Origin: Botryllus schlosseri
Lineage: Eukaryota
Assembly (NCBI GenBank): GCA_051294905.1
Contig: CM119380.1
Coordinates: 20,646,001 to 20,710,000 of the forward strand
Direction of reading: 5' to 3'
DNA: 64,000 bases
Shown: positions 38,656-50,656 of the stretch, piece by piece
Position numbering within the stretch: the stretch's first letter is position 1
How the letters are laid out: each line of letters begins with the position of its first letter
Position numbers and translations under genes: made by a program
The notes under the pieces: generated by a model
Told to the model about the DNA's origin: nothing
The model's input: only the letters and a program-made list of their open reading frames with translations
Database searches by the model: none

Positions 38656-38825
38656 CCTTGTTGAAATTGGATCAGGATATCGTCGATTTACTCCAGCGAC
38701 TGCACGAGTTTGAAAATCTAGCTGCGGAGCTCGAAAACAAGATTGGCGAAGGAGAGGAGCAGTTGAAATCGCACAAAATCATACCTCGCGAGGCGCGCAC
38801 TGAACGTCATGTGGAGGCGTTGAAG
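38656..38825 (+). CDS. MACF1: Spectraplakin rod exon
   Basis: LLKLDQDIVDLLQRLHEFE; phase 1-0. Confidence 0.84.
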
Positions 38826-39476
38826 GTAACCGTTACCCGAGATACGCATCACAGAGTGTTTGTGTTAGAGCTTTTGCCTATCTATTTCTGAAGGTTCGTG
38901 GACATATGAGCACGCAACAAAATAGCATGCGACATTCGAATATGTGGTTTTAAGTTAAAGTTACGATTGGGATAGGATTAGAATTAGGGTTCAGTTCGGC
39001 TTGAATTTTGTATTTGGGGTAGGGTAAGGGTTATTTTAGGGGTTCGGGTTAGTTTGGGGGTTATAAAATTACATGCTCAAGTGTCTCATGCTCAACTTTC
39101 GTTTTTAATTGTGTGACATATATTGGGCAACTGTTTTTGAGGTACGTAATTGAATTTTTGATCCCGTCTTGAAAAATCCTTGATTAGGAATAGGCTCGAA
39201 TCGAAGTTGGGTTTGAGATTGAGCTGAATATTTTTGAATATTATTATTATTCAAATTTAGGATGGATAAATAACGAGTCATGGCATAATTGAAACCACCT
39301 GTCAAACACCGATCACAATCGTTGTCTTATCCTTTTGATAAATTCGAGGCCAATCACTAATGTGTCCGGTGATGACTAGGATTTTGACACCTCTTATATA
39401 CAGTGTAACGTCTATGCCTCCGTCGGCCAATATTTTCCTTTTCATAGTTTGATATCCCACACATCCGTATGTTTAG

Positions 39477-39692
39477 ATTTTACAAGGAGAATTGGCGCCT
39501 TTGGCAACTCAAGTGGTTTACTTGGATGATTTTGCCGGCGACCTCGTCAAATCATCATCTGTCGATGAAGGCTGCGACCGATTGAAGGATATTGCAGACG
39601 GCGTGGGCGAGCGTTTCCGTGCTTTAAAACAAGCTTTAGATGCGGAATGCGGAAAGCTTGCGGACACTGTGCAACAAACCGAGGAGCTGCAG
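39477..39692 (+). CDS. MACF1: Spectraplakin rod exon
   Basis: ILQGELAPLATQV...VQQTEELQ; phase 0-0. Confidence 0.85.
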
Positions 39693-40218
39693 GTAGGGAA
39701 ATATCGATTTGCGATGTTCTCTATGTATGTTGCGAATTGTGATTTGTTTTACTGATTTCGTGCGCTCGTTATTTAACCAAGTTTTACCAACGGCAGAGGT
39801 GGTCAATGTATACTAATTGTACTATTTTGAAATACTTGAGTAGGTTCCTCCACTTGCAAAACGTACTCATGTGGGTTTGCTTTAGACTAGTTACACTTTT
39901 AATAGTTTTTTAGGCAAAACTGCTTATTATTTACAGTTGAAAAATATATTCATATTGAAATAACCCCAAATATTTCCGACTGACTCTTGTCAGGTGTAAT
40001 CGTCAGGAACATGTAAAATCATAATAAGAATTCCATGAAATAAGCATCACAGTAACTGCTGAATATATGTTTCGGAGATTATACCTATTTTTTGCAACAT
40101 TTGTGGTTTTGCGTTGCTAAGATGCATCTTGCAATTTTGAAAGTAGCAACTTATTCTGGTAATTTGATGGATATTTTTATGCTTTTAAAGTAACTAACAT
40201 TCTGCGTGCCTTTTCCAG

Positions 40219-40659
40219 GACAAAGCCCGCGATTTGATGGCGAGGTTAAACGATTTGGAAGAAGAATGTGAGAACTGCGAACCAATCACAAGAGAAGATG
40301 ATTCGCTCCAAACCCAACTAGACGAAGTCGAAAAACTGCGAGAGAAAAGCCTAAAAATCCACGACGACGTCGCAAAAACCCAGTCCGACTACAAAGTCAT
40401 GGTGGCCAACGGCGACGTAATGGACGATTATCAGCTTCAAAAAGACATTGATGCCATGGTTAAAAAAGACCAACGGCTACACAATCGTATCGTCGGCAGG
40501 GCCGAGGAAATCGGCAGGATAAAGGATCAAGTGCAAGCGTTCGAGGCAAAGATAACTGACGCTCTTGCGAGGATTCAAGGAGTTAGTGAAGCAGAAGAAC
40601 GTCTTGGTGATGTGCCAGCGACTGTGGCTGATATTGTGCGGCAGCAAAAAGAATTCGAG
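40219..40659 (+). CDS. MACF1: Spectraplakin rod exon
   Basis: DKARDLMARLNDL...IVRQQKEFE; phase 0-0. Confidence 0.88.
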
Positions 40660-40965
40660 GTAAAGCTTGTTGAGATGCCGCCGAGTTTGAATAGTTTTCG
40701 AATTAACATGATTTAAATGTTTTGGGCAGAGGTTTTTGACTGGTTACCTTAACAGTCTGAGTTTTTAAGGCAAACCTGGACCTATTTGTGAAAAAATTTA
40801 CGGCATTAGTTCTGAATACTTTGACCACATATACTTTTAACTGACGTAAATTGAGATAAAACTTTCTTTCTTGAATTTTGTAATATTCTTATGCTCTTAC
40901 GTTGTTCTTATGCTGAAGGTCCTGGTTATTTGAGTGTAGTCCATTCATTTTGTTTTATTGTCCAG

Positions 40966-41127
40966 ATGCTGCGACAGAGATACTTTGAGCCTCTACAGTC
41001 GGCCGGGCAGAAGCTCCACTACAACGGGCACGCGCTAGTGCTGAGTGCTGCGCCGACCGTCAAGACGAGTCACATCATCGACGCGTTGGACGATTTGGAC
41101 GAAGTCTGGAACGAATTAGCAGCCAAC
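40966..41127 (+). CDS. MACF1: Spectraplakin rod exon
   Basis: MLRQRYFEPLQ...LDEVWNELAAN; phase 0-0. Confidence 0.88.
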
Positions 41128-41531
41128 GTAATCATTCAACTATTCCTCGTAGCCAGCGATGACCAGATTTTGGATTCACATTTTAAAAAAATCCATAACT
41201 TATTTGGTGTCATGTCTAAATCGAAGTTCTTATCCTGTAATGCATGAAGTTTGTTCAAAACTGATGTGGAAATCGTAAATCATTAGAGAGAAGATCGATC
41301 TTTATATGATTAAATGCCAAGTCCAAATCTAGAATTCAAGTCCAATTCAGATGATTGGCTGAAGTTTGTCCAGAACACGCTGGAAAATTGAAATTCCAGT
41401 AAAAATATTTCATGTCCAATTCAAATTCAAAATTTTCGTAAATTCATATCAAATCTCACCGAAATCATCAAATCCATGCCCATCTCTGCGCAAATAGCAT
41501 GATATAGTGCTAATCCGGCATTGCGTTTTAG

Positions 41532-41869
41532 ATGAAAACTCGCTCTTTGGACCTGCAACGCGCGCTGTTAAGCTGCGGCAGATTCCAAGACGTGCTCTCG
41601 TCGCTTACCTCGTGGTTAAACGACGCCGAGCAGCTGGCGGCCAGCCAAAAAAGCCCGAGCTGGGAGTACAAGGTACTGCTGGCGCAGATGGAGGAGCAGA
41701 AAGTATTGCACAAGATGGTGGACAGTCACCGGGAGGCGGTTTCGTCTTTCTTACGAGACGGCGCGCAGATTTCCGCCGACGCAGCTCCCGGCAGTATAGA
41801 GAGTATTGCGAAGCAAATTTCCGAGTTTAAAGACCGGTGGGAGGCGCTCTGTGCGAAAGTTAAATCGAG
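41532..41869 (+). CDS. MACF1: Spectraplakin rod exon
   Basis: ALLSCGRFQDVLSSLTSWLNDAEQLAASQKSPSWEYKVLLAQMEEQK; phase 0-2. Confidence 0.93.
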
Positions 41870-42586
41870 GTACGTTTGAATTTTTGGCTTCTTACACAGA
41901 TGCGGTTACACTAATCAACTTGCTGCTTGAATAGAAGTAACGTAAGTAACGGAAATTTCTACTCGACTAGTAGAGATTTAAAAGACAAGTCAAAACTGCT
42001 TCAAGTGGAAGTTGGAAATGAAAGATATAAATAGTAATTTTATAACTATATTTAATATTGGAACGCATGTGTTTAGCGCTTAATAAGAAAGAGCTGCTTT
42101 CAAAATTGCAAGATCTGTCGTTGCCACAAACGAAAAATTAACAATGAATTTACAAATAACTGTAATCTTCGTTGAAGTATTCAGTTACCATGCTACAATG
42201 TCTACTTCACGCTGTTTACATGAAAACTTCGCTCCTGAAAGTAATACAAACTTGTCCCAAAAATACTTTCCAAGTTCTAAGAACAAAAAGTAAGCAGTCT
42301 TGCCTTAAAGAAACGGAAAAAGTAGCCGAAAACCGAACTATGCTCCGAAAAGGTACTAGTACGTCGTTGGGTACTAGCACTGATGGAATTCACTTCTTAT
42401 CGTAAAAATATATTGTTTGTTACTGAATACAAAGTAGGCTTGTTTTGCGCCTTGTATCATCGAGAGAATCTAGCTCGATTCGCCAATCAAAATTGTAAGC
42501 AGACAAGGCACCTCTACTCATTATTGTAAGGCTTTCGATCAGTATGCACTGTGCATTTCAATGATTTATCGTCTTCCGTACAACAG

Positions 42587-42746
42587 AGAGAATCAGCTAA
42601 AATCAATGATCGGCGATGCTAAACGATTCCACGAGCTCTCGGAAGACTTCTCAAACTGGCTGGACGAAACGGAAAGATCACCCATCAATCACGAAGTAAT
42701 CGGAACGCAAGTCGACCAGATTCAAGAGCAACTGGCAGAGTTACAG
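42587..42746 (+). CDS. MACF1: Spectraplakin rod exon
   Basis: AKRFHELSEDFSNWLDETE...IGTQVDQIQEQL; phase 2-0. Confidence 0.9.
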
Positions 42747-42832
42747 GTACACAAAACATATGGTGGTGCGCATCTTCGGGTGTCATCTGTCTTGATGCAT
42801 GGGGGCTGTCCCGATCGCTTGCATGTCGTATC

Positions 42833-43293
42833 TAGGGCTGGGCAAAATCGTGTACCGGAGTGAGTCTATTAAGAGTCGGATACCAGGCTTCGAGAATTCA
42901 ATGATCACTCATTGTAACATCATAAAAGTATAGGCGATATGTCAAGTTCAAATATGTACCTTTTACGCGGCCACAAAGAAACTAATACTTGGTATCCACA
43001 ATGCTAAAGATAATTTGTTAGTTCTTCGACCATAGCTAATTTATTGCACCCTGTAACAACGCTGTGTTCGCAGTGGAAAATGGCGCATAATTTTAGTACA
43101 AATAAAAATTTGAACAGCTTCTTGGAGGTACAGAACTTCAATATACAACTGAATAGTATATTCATATTGAAATGAACCCGAATATTTTCGGCTGACACTC
43201 GTCAAGGGTAATTGTCAGCAACTAGCAGAGAATTCAAATAAAAATAAAAATAAAAATTGTCTTTCGCGACTCGAATCATTGTGCCCAGCCCTA
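42833..43293. mobile_element. hAT-type MITE carrying a family B insertion
   Basis: TIR TAGGGCTGGGCA...TGCCCAGCCCTA; TSD GTCGTATC/TTCGTATG (6 of 8). Confidence 0.78.
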
Positions 43294-43333
43294 TTCGTAT
43301 GTTCATCTCTTGCGTTGTTCTGTGCACGTCCAG

Positions 43334-43669
43334 AAATTGTTGGATGATATCAAGAAACGTAAAAAACACCTGGACGACATTACCGGCACCCCGTTAGTGG
43401 GGAAGACGAGCGAATGCTCTCCGGAGCTACTGCAAGGCTTGCGGACTAAAATCGACGGGCTGGAGGCTAGATACAACGCGTTGCAGCAGAGGGTGCAAGG
43501 AAGAACGGCGATCTTGAGAGAGAATTTGCACCTTTGCCGGCTTTTTAACGAAGATCACTTGAGATTATTCGGGTTTTTGTCGGAAGCCGAATTGAGAATG
43601 CAGGACGGCCAGTCTGCTTTGACCGACGCTAGGCCGCCGCCTGTTGCGGAAGTGTATTCTGACGTCAAG
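43334..43669 (+). CDS. MACF1: Spectraplakin rod exon
   Basis: KIDGLEARYNAL...RLFNEDHLRLFGFLSEAE; phase 0-0. Confidence 0.9.
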
Positions 43670-43848
43670 GTTTGTAATATCATACTCACCCTACTTTTTC
43701 TGTTTCTTATTGCAAACGCAACATCTTGAAGATTTTGTTTGGCATATTATGTTTATAGCATCGGTGTGGTGTTGTTGGCATGACTGCATGGACCTTGCGC
43801 TGGTCATTAATGTGGCAGATTATGTAACAGTCGAACGTCTGTTTGTAG

Positions 43849-43950
43849 GGAATACACGATCAGATTGTTGCCAAGAAACCTAACGTTGATTCTGCTATAA
43901 CCGAAGGGAAGAAACTTATGATGAAATGCTCGGGGGAGGATACGATACAG
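43849..43950 (+). CDS. MACF1: Spectraplakin rod exon
   Basis: GIHDQIVAKKPNVDSAITEGKKLMMKCSGEDTIQ; phase 0-0. Confidence 0.88.
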
Positions 43951-44182
43951 GTATGTCTGCCGTGATGGATAGAAAATATTTCTAAGTAGTATCCTGAAGA
44001 CCTTCATTATCAGTGTCTAAAGTGGTCAGCATTGCTGCTTATGTAGAAGTAGAAAGAACACCGTAAATTTCTACTTCAAACTCCAAAAATGTGGTAGTAT
44101 TTTGTTACTGAACACCTCCGATCATCGTTATGTGAAATACTTCTGAATCTTCAGCATTTTTGTCCATTTTCACCTATACCAG

Positions 44183-44431
44183 GTCCAAGACAAGCTGGAC
44201 AGTATCCGCACCAAGTACGCAGAACTGCAGACGAAGTCAGCCGAGAAGGTACAGTCGTTGGAGAAGTGTCTGGCGACATCAAAGGAAATGGACAAGGCCC
44301 ATACGGGTCTTGCGGAATGGCTCAGCGTATATGAGGCTGCTTTGAAAGAACTCGGTCTCGATGTTAACCAGCGTGCACCGAAAAATTCAATGTCGGGAGA
44401 CGATATGAAGAAACTGGACGAATTGGTTCAG
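44183..44431 (+). CDS. MACF1: Spectraplakin rod exon
   Basis: VQDKLDSIRTKYAEL...GLAEWL; phase 0-0. Confidence 0.9.
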
Positions 44432-45099
44432 GTACACATTAAAGTGTTGGTAAAGTGGATCTATTGAGTAGGTGTATAATGTATACCAATGGATACTATT
44501 TTCATATGCGCAGTGTTAACTGCCACCTTTTACACCATCCTCAGTCCTCAATTATTTCACATAACTACAGGTCCGAGTATAGGAGTGCGACCACCGTGAA
44601 CATTTAACGGCAACTGTTGATATTTTAAATCAAGTCACTCCAGTTCTAGCGATTCCTTTCCGGATAGTCGATTTATAGCTTTTTGTGCATTCATCAAACT
44701 CATATATCGTAAGTAACACCGTATCAGAAGATTATTGTGTAGCGGAATTCTGAAAATTTCAGTGAACAATATATATGTCACTGGCTCCTACTTTTATTAG
44801 TATCCTATACAACTATTTCGCAGTTGGAACTTGGAAGTTTCTATTTAAATCACTCATTCATAATGATAAATACCAAACACATGCCAGAAGTGTGGGTGCC
44901 ATGGCGACCTTTGTTCTACTCTGTTCTACCCTTGATAGTGCCGTGATGTATTTATACACAGAAATAATGTATCTCAATGTTCTGTAATTGTGCGCGTAAT
45001 TGCCATCATGATGTCATAGATATTCCCAATGACGACGATATCTTCATCACATTGTCACAAGGTCTTGGCTCGTTTTGTAATGTGTTTCCACCACTTCAG

Positions 45100-45300
45100 A
45101 CAATCAAACCAGACGAGTACGAACCCAGCGTCAAAACGGTCAAAAAATGCACAAAGGAGCTGTCACGATATGCGTCTCGCTGGGGAGAAGAACCGCTACA
45201 ATCTGTTGCCGCCGATGACGAAGCCAGATTCAACGCACTGAAGGACGCCCTGGGCCGATACCAGGCGTCCAAGAAACAGGCTGAAGAAAAGCTGGCGGCA
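45100..45300 (+). CDS. MACF1: Spectraplakin rod exon
   Basis: TIKPDEYEP...SRWGEEPLQSVAADDEARF...EKLAA; phase 0-0. Confidence 0.82.
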
Positions 45301-46318
45301 GTATGTTCCGTTTTGTTACCATTGGTGATTTTGCTGGTGTTAGTCTTACGACTTGATTTGCTCAAGAAAGGCTCCTTTGTCACCTAGCCAGTTGTTAGGC
45401 GCGGGTGAAGGGAAATATGTGGTTGCGTGGATACAGGTTGTGAACTTGGACAGGCAGTGAGAATATAGATTTTGAGAAATTCAGTGTTGGCTTGGTCTGG
45501 GAGAGGGTAGGTTGTGGCAGTCAAGTAACGGGAGCCGTGGAGAATATACATTATTAAGCAGCCAGGCATTTGTATTATCTGGAAAATAGGTTGAAAATAA
45601 CTCATGGTGTTTAACTTGAAGATTCTCCTGCATTTTGAACAGGGTTGTAAGGTCTTGTTAGAATTGGAGCATTGTTTACTTCGTAAACAGTATTTAATAA
45701 TTGCTTTTATAATCCTATAGTTCCGCTGTTAAGACTTTTCAAATCATGTGAAAAGTAGGTTCTATGTCAACAAACAATACGTTCAAATTGCCAAATTTAT
45801 TCCTCATGGACCCTTTTCGTCTGAGTCTCATCAGCGATCGGTTGTCACTCAATGTGGCTAGCCAAATTTGAAATATAGAACGAAGGTTCTCGTTAAGTCG
45901 TACTTCGAATTTGGTTAATCTCATGTACTAACGTTCGCTCCTGATGATGGTGCTTTGAGTGGAATAAATTTGGCAATATGAACTTATTGTTAGTTGCGAT
46001 GTTGAGGTATCGTACTTCGAGAAGCCTCTTTTTTTGTTTGACACTTGCGTCTTACCTTGCCTGGATAGCATGGCAGCGAACCTTAGTCACACGCTTCGCA
46101 TGAAACCATTAGAAAATGCGTGTCGGAATTCCCGTTGAACACTGCATAATCAATCTCCAAAAGTTCCTTAGTTCAAATTTTGGATCTGGCAACTAGGATT
46201 ACTGTATCAGTTCTCCATTCAAAGCAATGAACCTGGTTTTCACGTCGGCGATGTCGTAAGTAGTTGATTACCCGATATTGATCTACTGGTTTCAGACTTA
46301 GCCTAGCAGTAGTTCGCC

Positions 46319-46684
46319 ATGTTTTCTTACAATAAAAAAGTGCGATTGAAACCGTACGAAGTCCTGCCGCTGTCTGATTTCCACGTTGACCCCGACGCTC
46401 CCCCGCTGCGCATGCGCGCGCGCCCCGGGAAGATGTTTGCCTCGCACAGCAGGGCCGATCTAGCGCACGATTTCAACTCGCGCAACGAAATGGTGGCGCC
46501 CATGAACTTGCGAAGGCCCAAATCCGCGATGGAACTTTCCGACGCGAGCGCGCGAGATTTCGAGTCACGTGACTTCCGTTACGTCGCCGACGGCGTGCAC
46601 GACGAAATCGCGGAGAGCTCGAAAGAGCTGATCGAGTGCTTGCCGAAAATGACGGCTGTCAAGCCAGAGAAAAAGGAAGAGAGC
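46319..46684 (+). CDS. Nested cassette exon 1 (initiating; MFSYNKKVRL...)
   Basis: GCCATG start; in-frame TAG at 46310; upstream acceptor TTTCAG at 46295; donor AGC|GTGAGT phase 0. Confidence 0.75.
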
Positions 46685-47373
46685 GTGAGTATCTATCAAT
46701 CGGCCCTGTTCGGTTCGCAGTAGCTACGTAGATGGTACGAGAATGCGCCGGATATTACCGTGGTTTCTAATTTCTGCCTCTCTCAATATCTAATATTTTG
46801 TGTGCTTACGGAAACTAGACAATTCACAGTGTCTCGAATATTCGTTTTTTATCAATTCCTGATTGCAGAATAGTGATTTCGATATAGCATTTCAAGGTGG
46901 TATCTATACCGATGTTAACAATTTCCCCGGCTTTATTCGCATCAACTCATGATTCTAAATTCTCTCTCCAATTCTCTCTACAAGCGATATTATCTTAAAC
47001 TAGAGTTGGTCTGTAACTCAATTAGGTTAGGCTTACCTACTCGCGCTACCTGCGCAATTAGTTATAATTTTAGACTACACCTACTTCTATACATTTTAGT
47101 TTGCGGTTTTTTAGGCAAACCTAGGACTACTTTCATTGAAATCGATGATTTTACTTCACCAATAATTAGTTGCGTTACGTTATAACAGAGTACAATTGAG
47201 GAATAACAATTTAGCTACCTCTGTCAATAACGGTGTATTGTAATTGCGGTACTGGTAGTGTCTGTCAAGCATATCGGCCCATATGTTACGCTCGAAACGA
47301 CAATGTAACGGAATTTCGATTTTCTCTTTACAAAATGCTGTGATTATCACCGACTACATTTCCACATCTTCAG

Positions 47374-47465
47374 AAAGATTCGTTACCTTTGGACACACCG
47401 GCAACCGCTACGCGCGATTGCATGATGGTATATCCACAAAACACGGTGCCGATGGCTAAATACAG
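47374..47465 (+). CDS. Nested cassette exon 2
   Basis: CTTCAG|KDSLPLDTP...MAKY; phase 0-2. Confidence 0.62.
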
Positions 47466-47532
47466 GTGTGTATCCACACCGCGTACTACCAGTAAAGGTG
47501 TAAATCACACGCTAATCATGGGTCCTTCGCAG

Positions 47533-47719
47533 AAGGAAAATATCCGGCGAGTTACCGGATAGTGACGATGATGAAGCTCCTATGACCGATGCACAAAGGT
47601 GGAGCAAAGAGAAAACGCTTGAGTCCGAGTATAATCCTGGAAAAAACTCTCGCCGGAAGCGAAAACCGAGTCTATGGGCGGATCCGGATCCGGATGGAAA
47701 AAAGGCTTATGACCTTAAC
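47533..47719 (+). CDS. Nested cassette exon 3
   Basis: RKISGELPDSDDDE...KKAYDLN; phase 2-0, after a 67-nt intron. Confidence 0.65.
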
Positions 47720-47778
47720 GTATGGTGTTATGGTATTATTAATAAAGTTGAATATTACTAATAGCAATTTGCTATCAG

Positions 47779-47941
47779 GATCAAATACAAAAGCCTACTT
47801 ACATGGGTGAAGAGAGTATGGATGGCGAGACTATATCCACCCTGATCAATAAAGGATCTCGCCGAAAATCGTTCGCTGCCATAGGCACCATGGTGGCGAA
47901 ACTGAAAAAACGCAGGCAATCGGCCGGATATGACGAAAAAG
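47779..47941 (+). CDS. Nested cassette exon 4
   Basis: DQIQKPTYMG...RRQSAGYDEK; donor G|GTAAGA; phase 0-1. Confidence 0.7.
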
Positions 47942-48197
47942 GTAAGACTTGTCCGCAGAGGTAGACCAAGTAATCGTCGTTGGTGGTGAGGGAGAAGTAA
48001 CGACCTAGCGAATTTCCAAATAAGTGTTCTAGGCCTAGTTTTGGCTAAAATCATAGTCACTTAGTAAGTAGTGTAATTAGTCAATACATACTTGAGTGCA
48101 CCGAAAAAATATAGGTACTTCGTTCCTGACCGGTGATCACCTTTGCTCGTCCGTCCATTCAAAAAGCTTTTACATATACTGACATTATTCTTTTCAG

Positions 48198-50056
48198 ATG
48201 CCGACGAAATTTCAATTGTCGAACCCAAGAAACCCACAGTCGTGAAATTCAACATTCCGGACGACGAGGGTGGCAAGGCTTCCTCTGTATCTAACGAACA
48301 CACTCCCACCGAGGACTTGAGCAAAGTCGATTTGACTATGCCCCCTGCGCAATTCATGGACACCAGCACGATGATATCTTACAGCGAAACGCTGGTGCAT
48401 AGAATCGTTAACGACCGCAGAACCCCGGAAAACGTACTCAGTTTTCCCGCGCCGGCTCCGGTTATCACCCCGGCTCCGGTTTTCTCGCTATCCGCCATCC
48501 CAGAACACGACCGCGCCGAGACGGTCACTCCAAAAAACGCGAACGCACCGGTTTTTATCCGCCCGCCGGAGTCTCCGTTTGATAAATCCGATGACGCCAT
48601 CAGCGATGACGATTTATCCAGCGGGCGCCGCTCGCGGCGTCATAAGCGCCAGCGCAGTCGTGGTTACAGCCGAAATTACGGCAGCACGGCTGAGTTGAAT
48701 GACCCTGAATCCGAGAGAGAACGGCGCAAGCGACGCGAAGCGAAGCGTCTACACAGCGCGAAACGCGAAAGCGAGCGAGCGCGCGTGCAAAAGAGAAAAA
48801 GTTCGCGCAAGTCTCGCCGGCGCGGTAGCGATGTGAGAGAGAAAGTACGCCTTGACCGTCTAGATCGCGCTAAATCAGAGCGCAGAGATAGCAGCGAATC
48901 AACGGAGGAAGAGTCCTTTTTTAAATTTGCCTCCTTTCTAAAAGGCGGCGACGCCAAGTCTTCAGGCTTGAGCAAATCTGAGTCGTTCGCTATAGAGAAC
49001 ATAGCCCGCAAACTTATCAATCTCGTACAACAGAACGGCGATGCTAACGCGGAAGTCGGCACCGATTCGGATGTAGCCTTAATAGGGAAAGATACGGCTA
49101 CTCCAGTGCCACATCAAGCACAGTCCAATTACAATACAAACATGATCGATAATGTAGATTCAACGCCGCTGATTCAAAACACAGTACAGTCAGACGCTCA
49201 GTCTGTGAGCACCAACTCGAATTGGCAACAAAATCAGAATTTTAACACGCCTAGCCGGCAACCGTCTATAACAGCCAACCCCGCGTGTCCTACAACTTCT
49301 CTCGTCACCGTAGTAAAACCGGACGACCTCCTGTCCGTCGCTGATATTTTCGAACCGAGAGACGGCGCCACACTCAAAACGGTCGTCCGCTTGCCGACCC
49401 TGCAACCGCGGGAAGGCGAAAACGAGGCCGCGCTACGCAGTAGGGTTGAAGATTTTCTAAACGGAAAAACGGAAGAGGGCGACTCGCATTTTCAGCAGGT
49501 ACCCGGCAGACGTTGGGTCGCGGAGTGGGCCAGGCGTGAGGAAGTGATAGGCAAGGCTGCCGAACGCGCTGAAAGCAAAAAAATCAAACGCAAACGTAGT
49601 TCTATCACGCGAAAACGCAGTATAAAGCGCAGCCCTTCAACCAACAGCATCGGCACCTTTTTCAGTAAGCTGTTCGGTAAATTACGCATTGATGAAGATA
49701 CCTCGGAACACAAAAACACGGAAGTCGTGGCCTGTGTTTACGCTGTCAATGAGAACGACATCACGCGACGTAATGACGTCACAATACCCGCTAGCACACA
49801 ACCAGTAGTAACCCCGGCGGCAGATACATCGACGTATGTAAACGCGCGTGGCAACGCTAGCACACAGCAGCCTATGTTGAATCGCTCTGTTTCTAAAGTC
49901 ACGTTTTTGGATGAGATAGCCCGCAGTAAAGATTCCGGGGTGTTATCTGACATGGGGCTTGAATCTGTGGATGAATACGGGCGGAGTCAAATCAAGTCCG
50001 GTGGCCCTACGCGACCTTGGGCGGCCGGAACTGGGCAGAGACACGGTATACGTTAA
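48198..50056 (+). CDS. Nested cassette exon 5 (terminal; disordered, Arg/Lys/Ser-rich)
   Basis: TTTTCAG|AT phase 1; 619 open codons to TAA; AATAAA at 50159-50164. Confidence 0.78.
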
Positions 50057-50158
50057 ACAGTGAATTCCGTCGTTAATTAGTTCAATATGTACAATACATT
50101 ATACAGCTCTCTCTTTATTTTCAAATACATTGATATTTCGAATGTGTGTGTTTATCTT

Positions 50159-50164
50159 AATAAA
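50159..50164 (+). terminator. Polyadenylation signal AATAAA of the nested cassette
   Basis: Canonical hexamer about 100 nt after the TAA, in an AT-rich UTR-like stretch. Confidence 0.5.
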
Positions 50165-50368
50165 TATATGAACCGATTTCAAGGCATTAGGGCTGTTTTT
50201 GTCGCGAACTGATATCTAGCCATTTAACAGGCACTGGCATCGCTATGGTAGCGGATATATTTAGAGCAATTTAGTTTCGGGGACAAGGTCGAACTGTTGT
50301 AAATGGGCAGGGCTATTGTCCAGCTCTACACACGTTTGGATTTTGAGATTTTTATTTGTTATTCACAG

Positions 50369-50491
50369 TTCATGGAGCACGCGGACGCGTGTATGGCGGG
50401 ACTGAATGACATTTCGTCACGCTTGGACGACCTTCGCAATATGACGTCACTTGACCCGGAATACTTGAAATCCGCGACCGGGGATCACAAG
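50369..50491 (+). CDS. MACF1: Spectraplakin rod exon
   Basis: FMEHADACMAGLNDISSRL; phase 0-0. Confidence 0.85.
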
Positions 50492-50548
50492 GTACCGTTT
50501 CAGAATTGGATCATACGCGGGTTCTTTGTTACATTTTGAATTTCGCAG

Positions 50549-50656
50549 AAAATCGTGGACCGCATCGCCTCCGAACGCAATCGCGCGCATAGTATCAATG
50601 ATGAAGGCGATTCTCTGGCCCCGCTTTGTGATGATGATGACAAAACCAAAATCGAG
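50549..50656 (+). CDS. MACF1: Spectraplakin rod exon
   Basis: KIVDRIASERNRAHSINDEG; phase 0-0. Confidence 0.84.
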
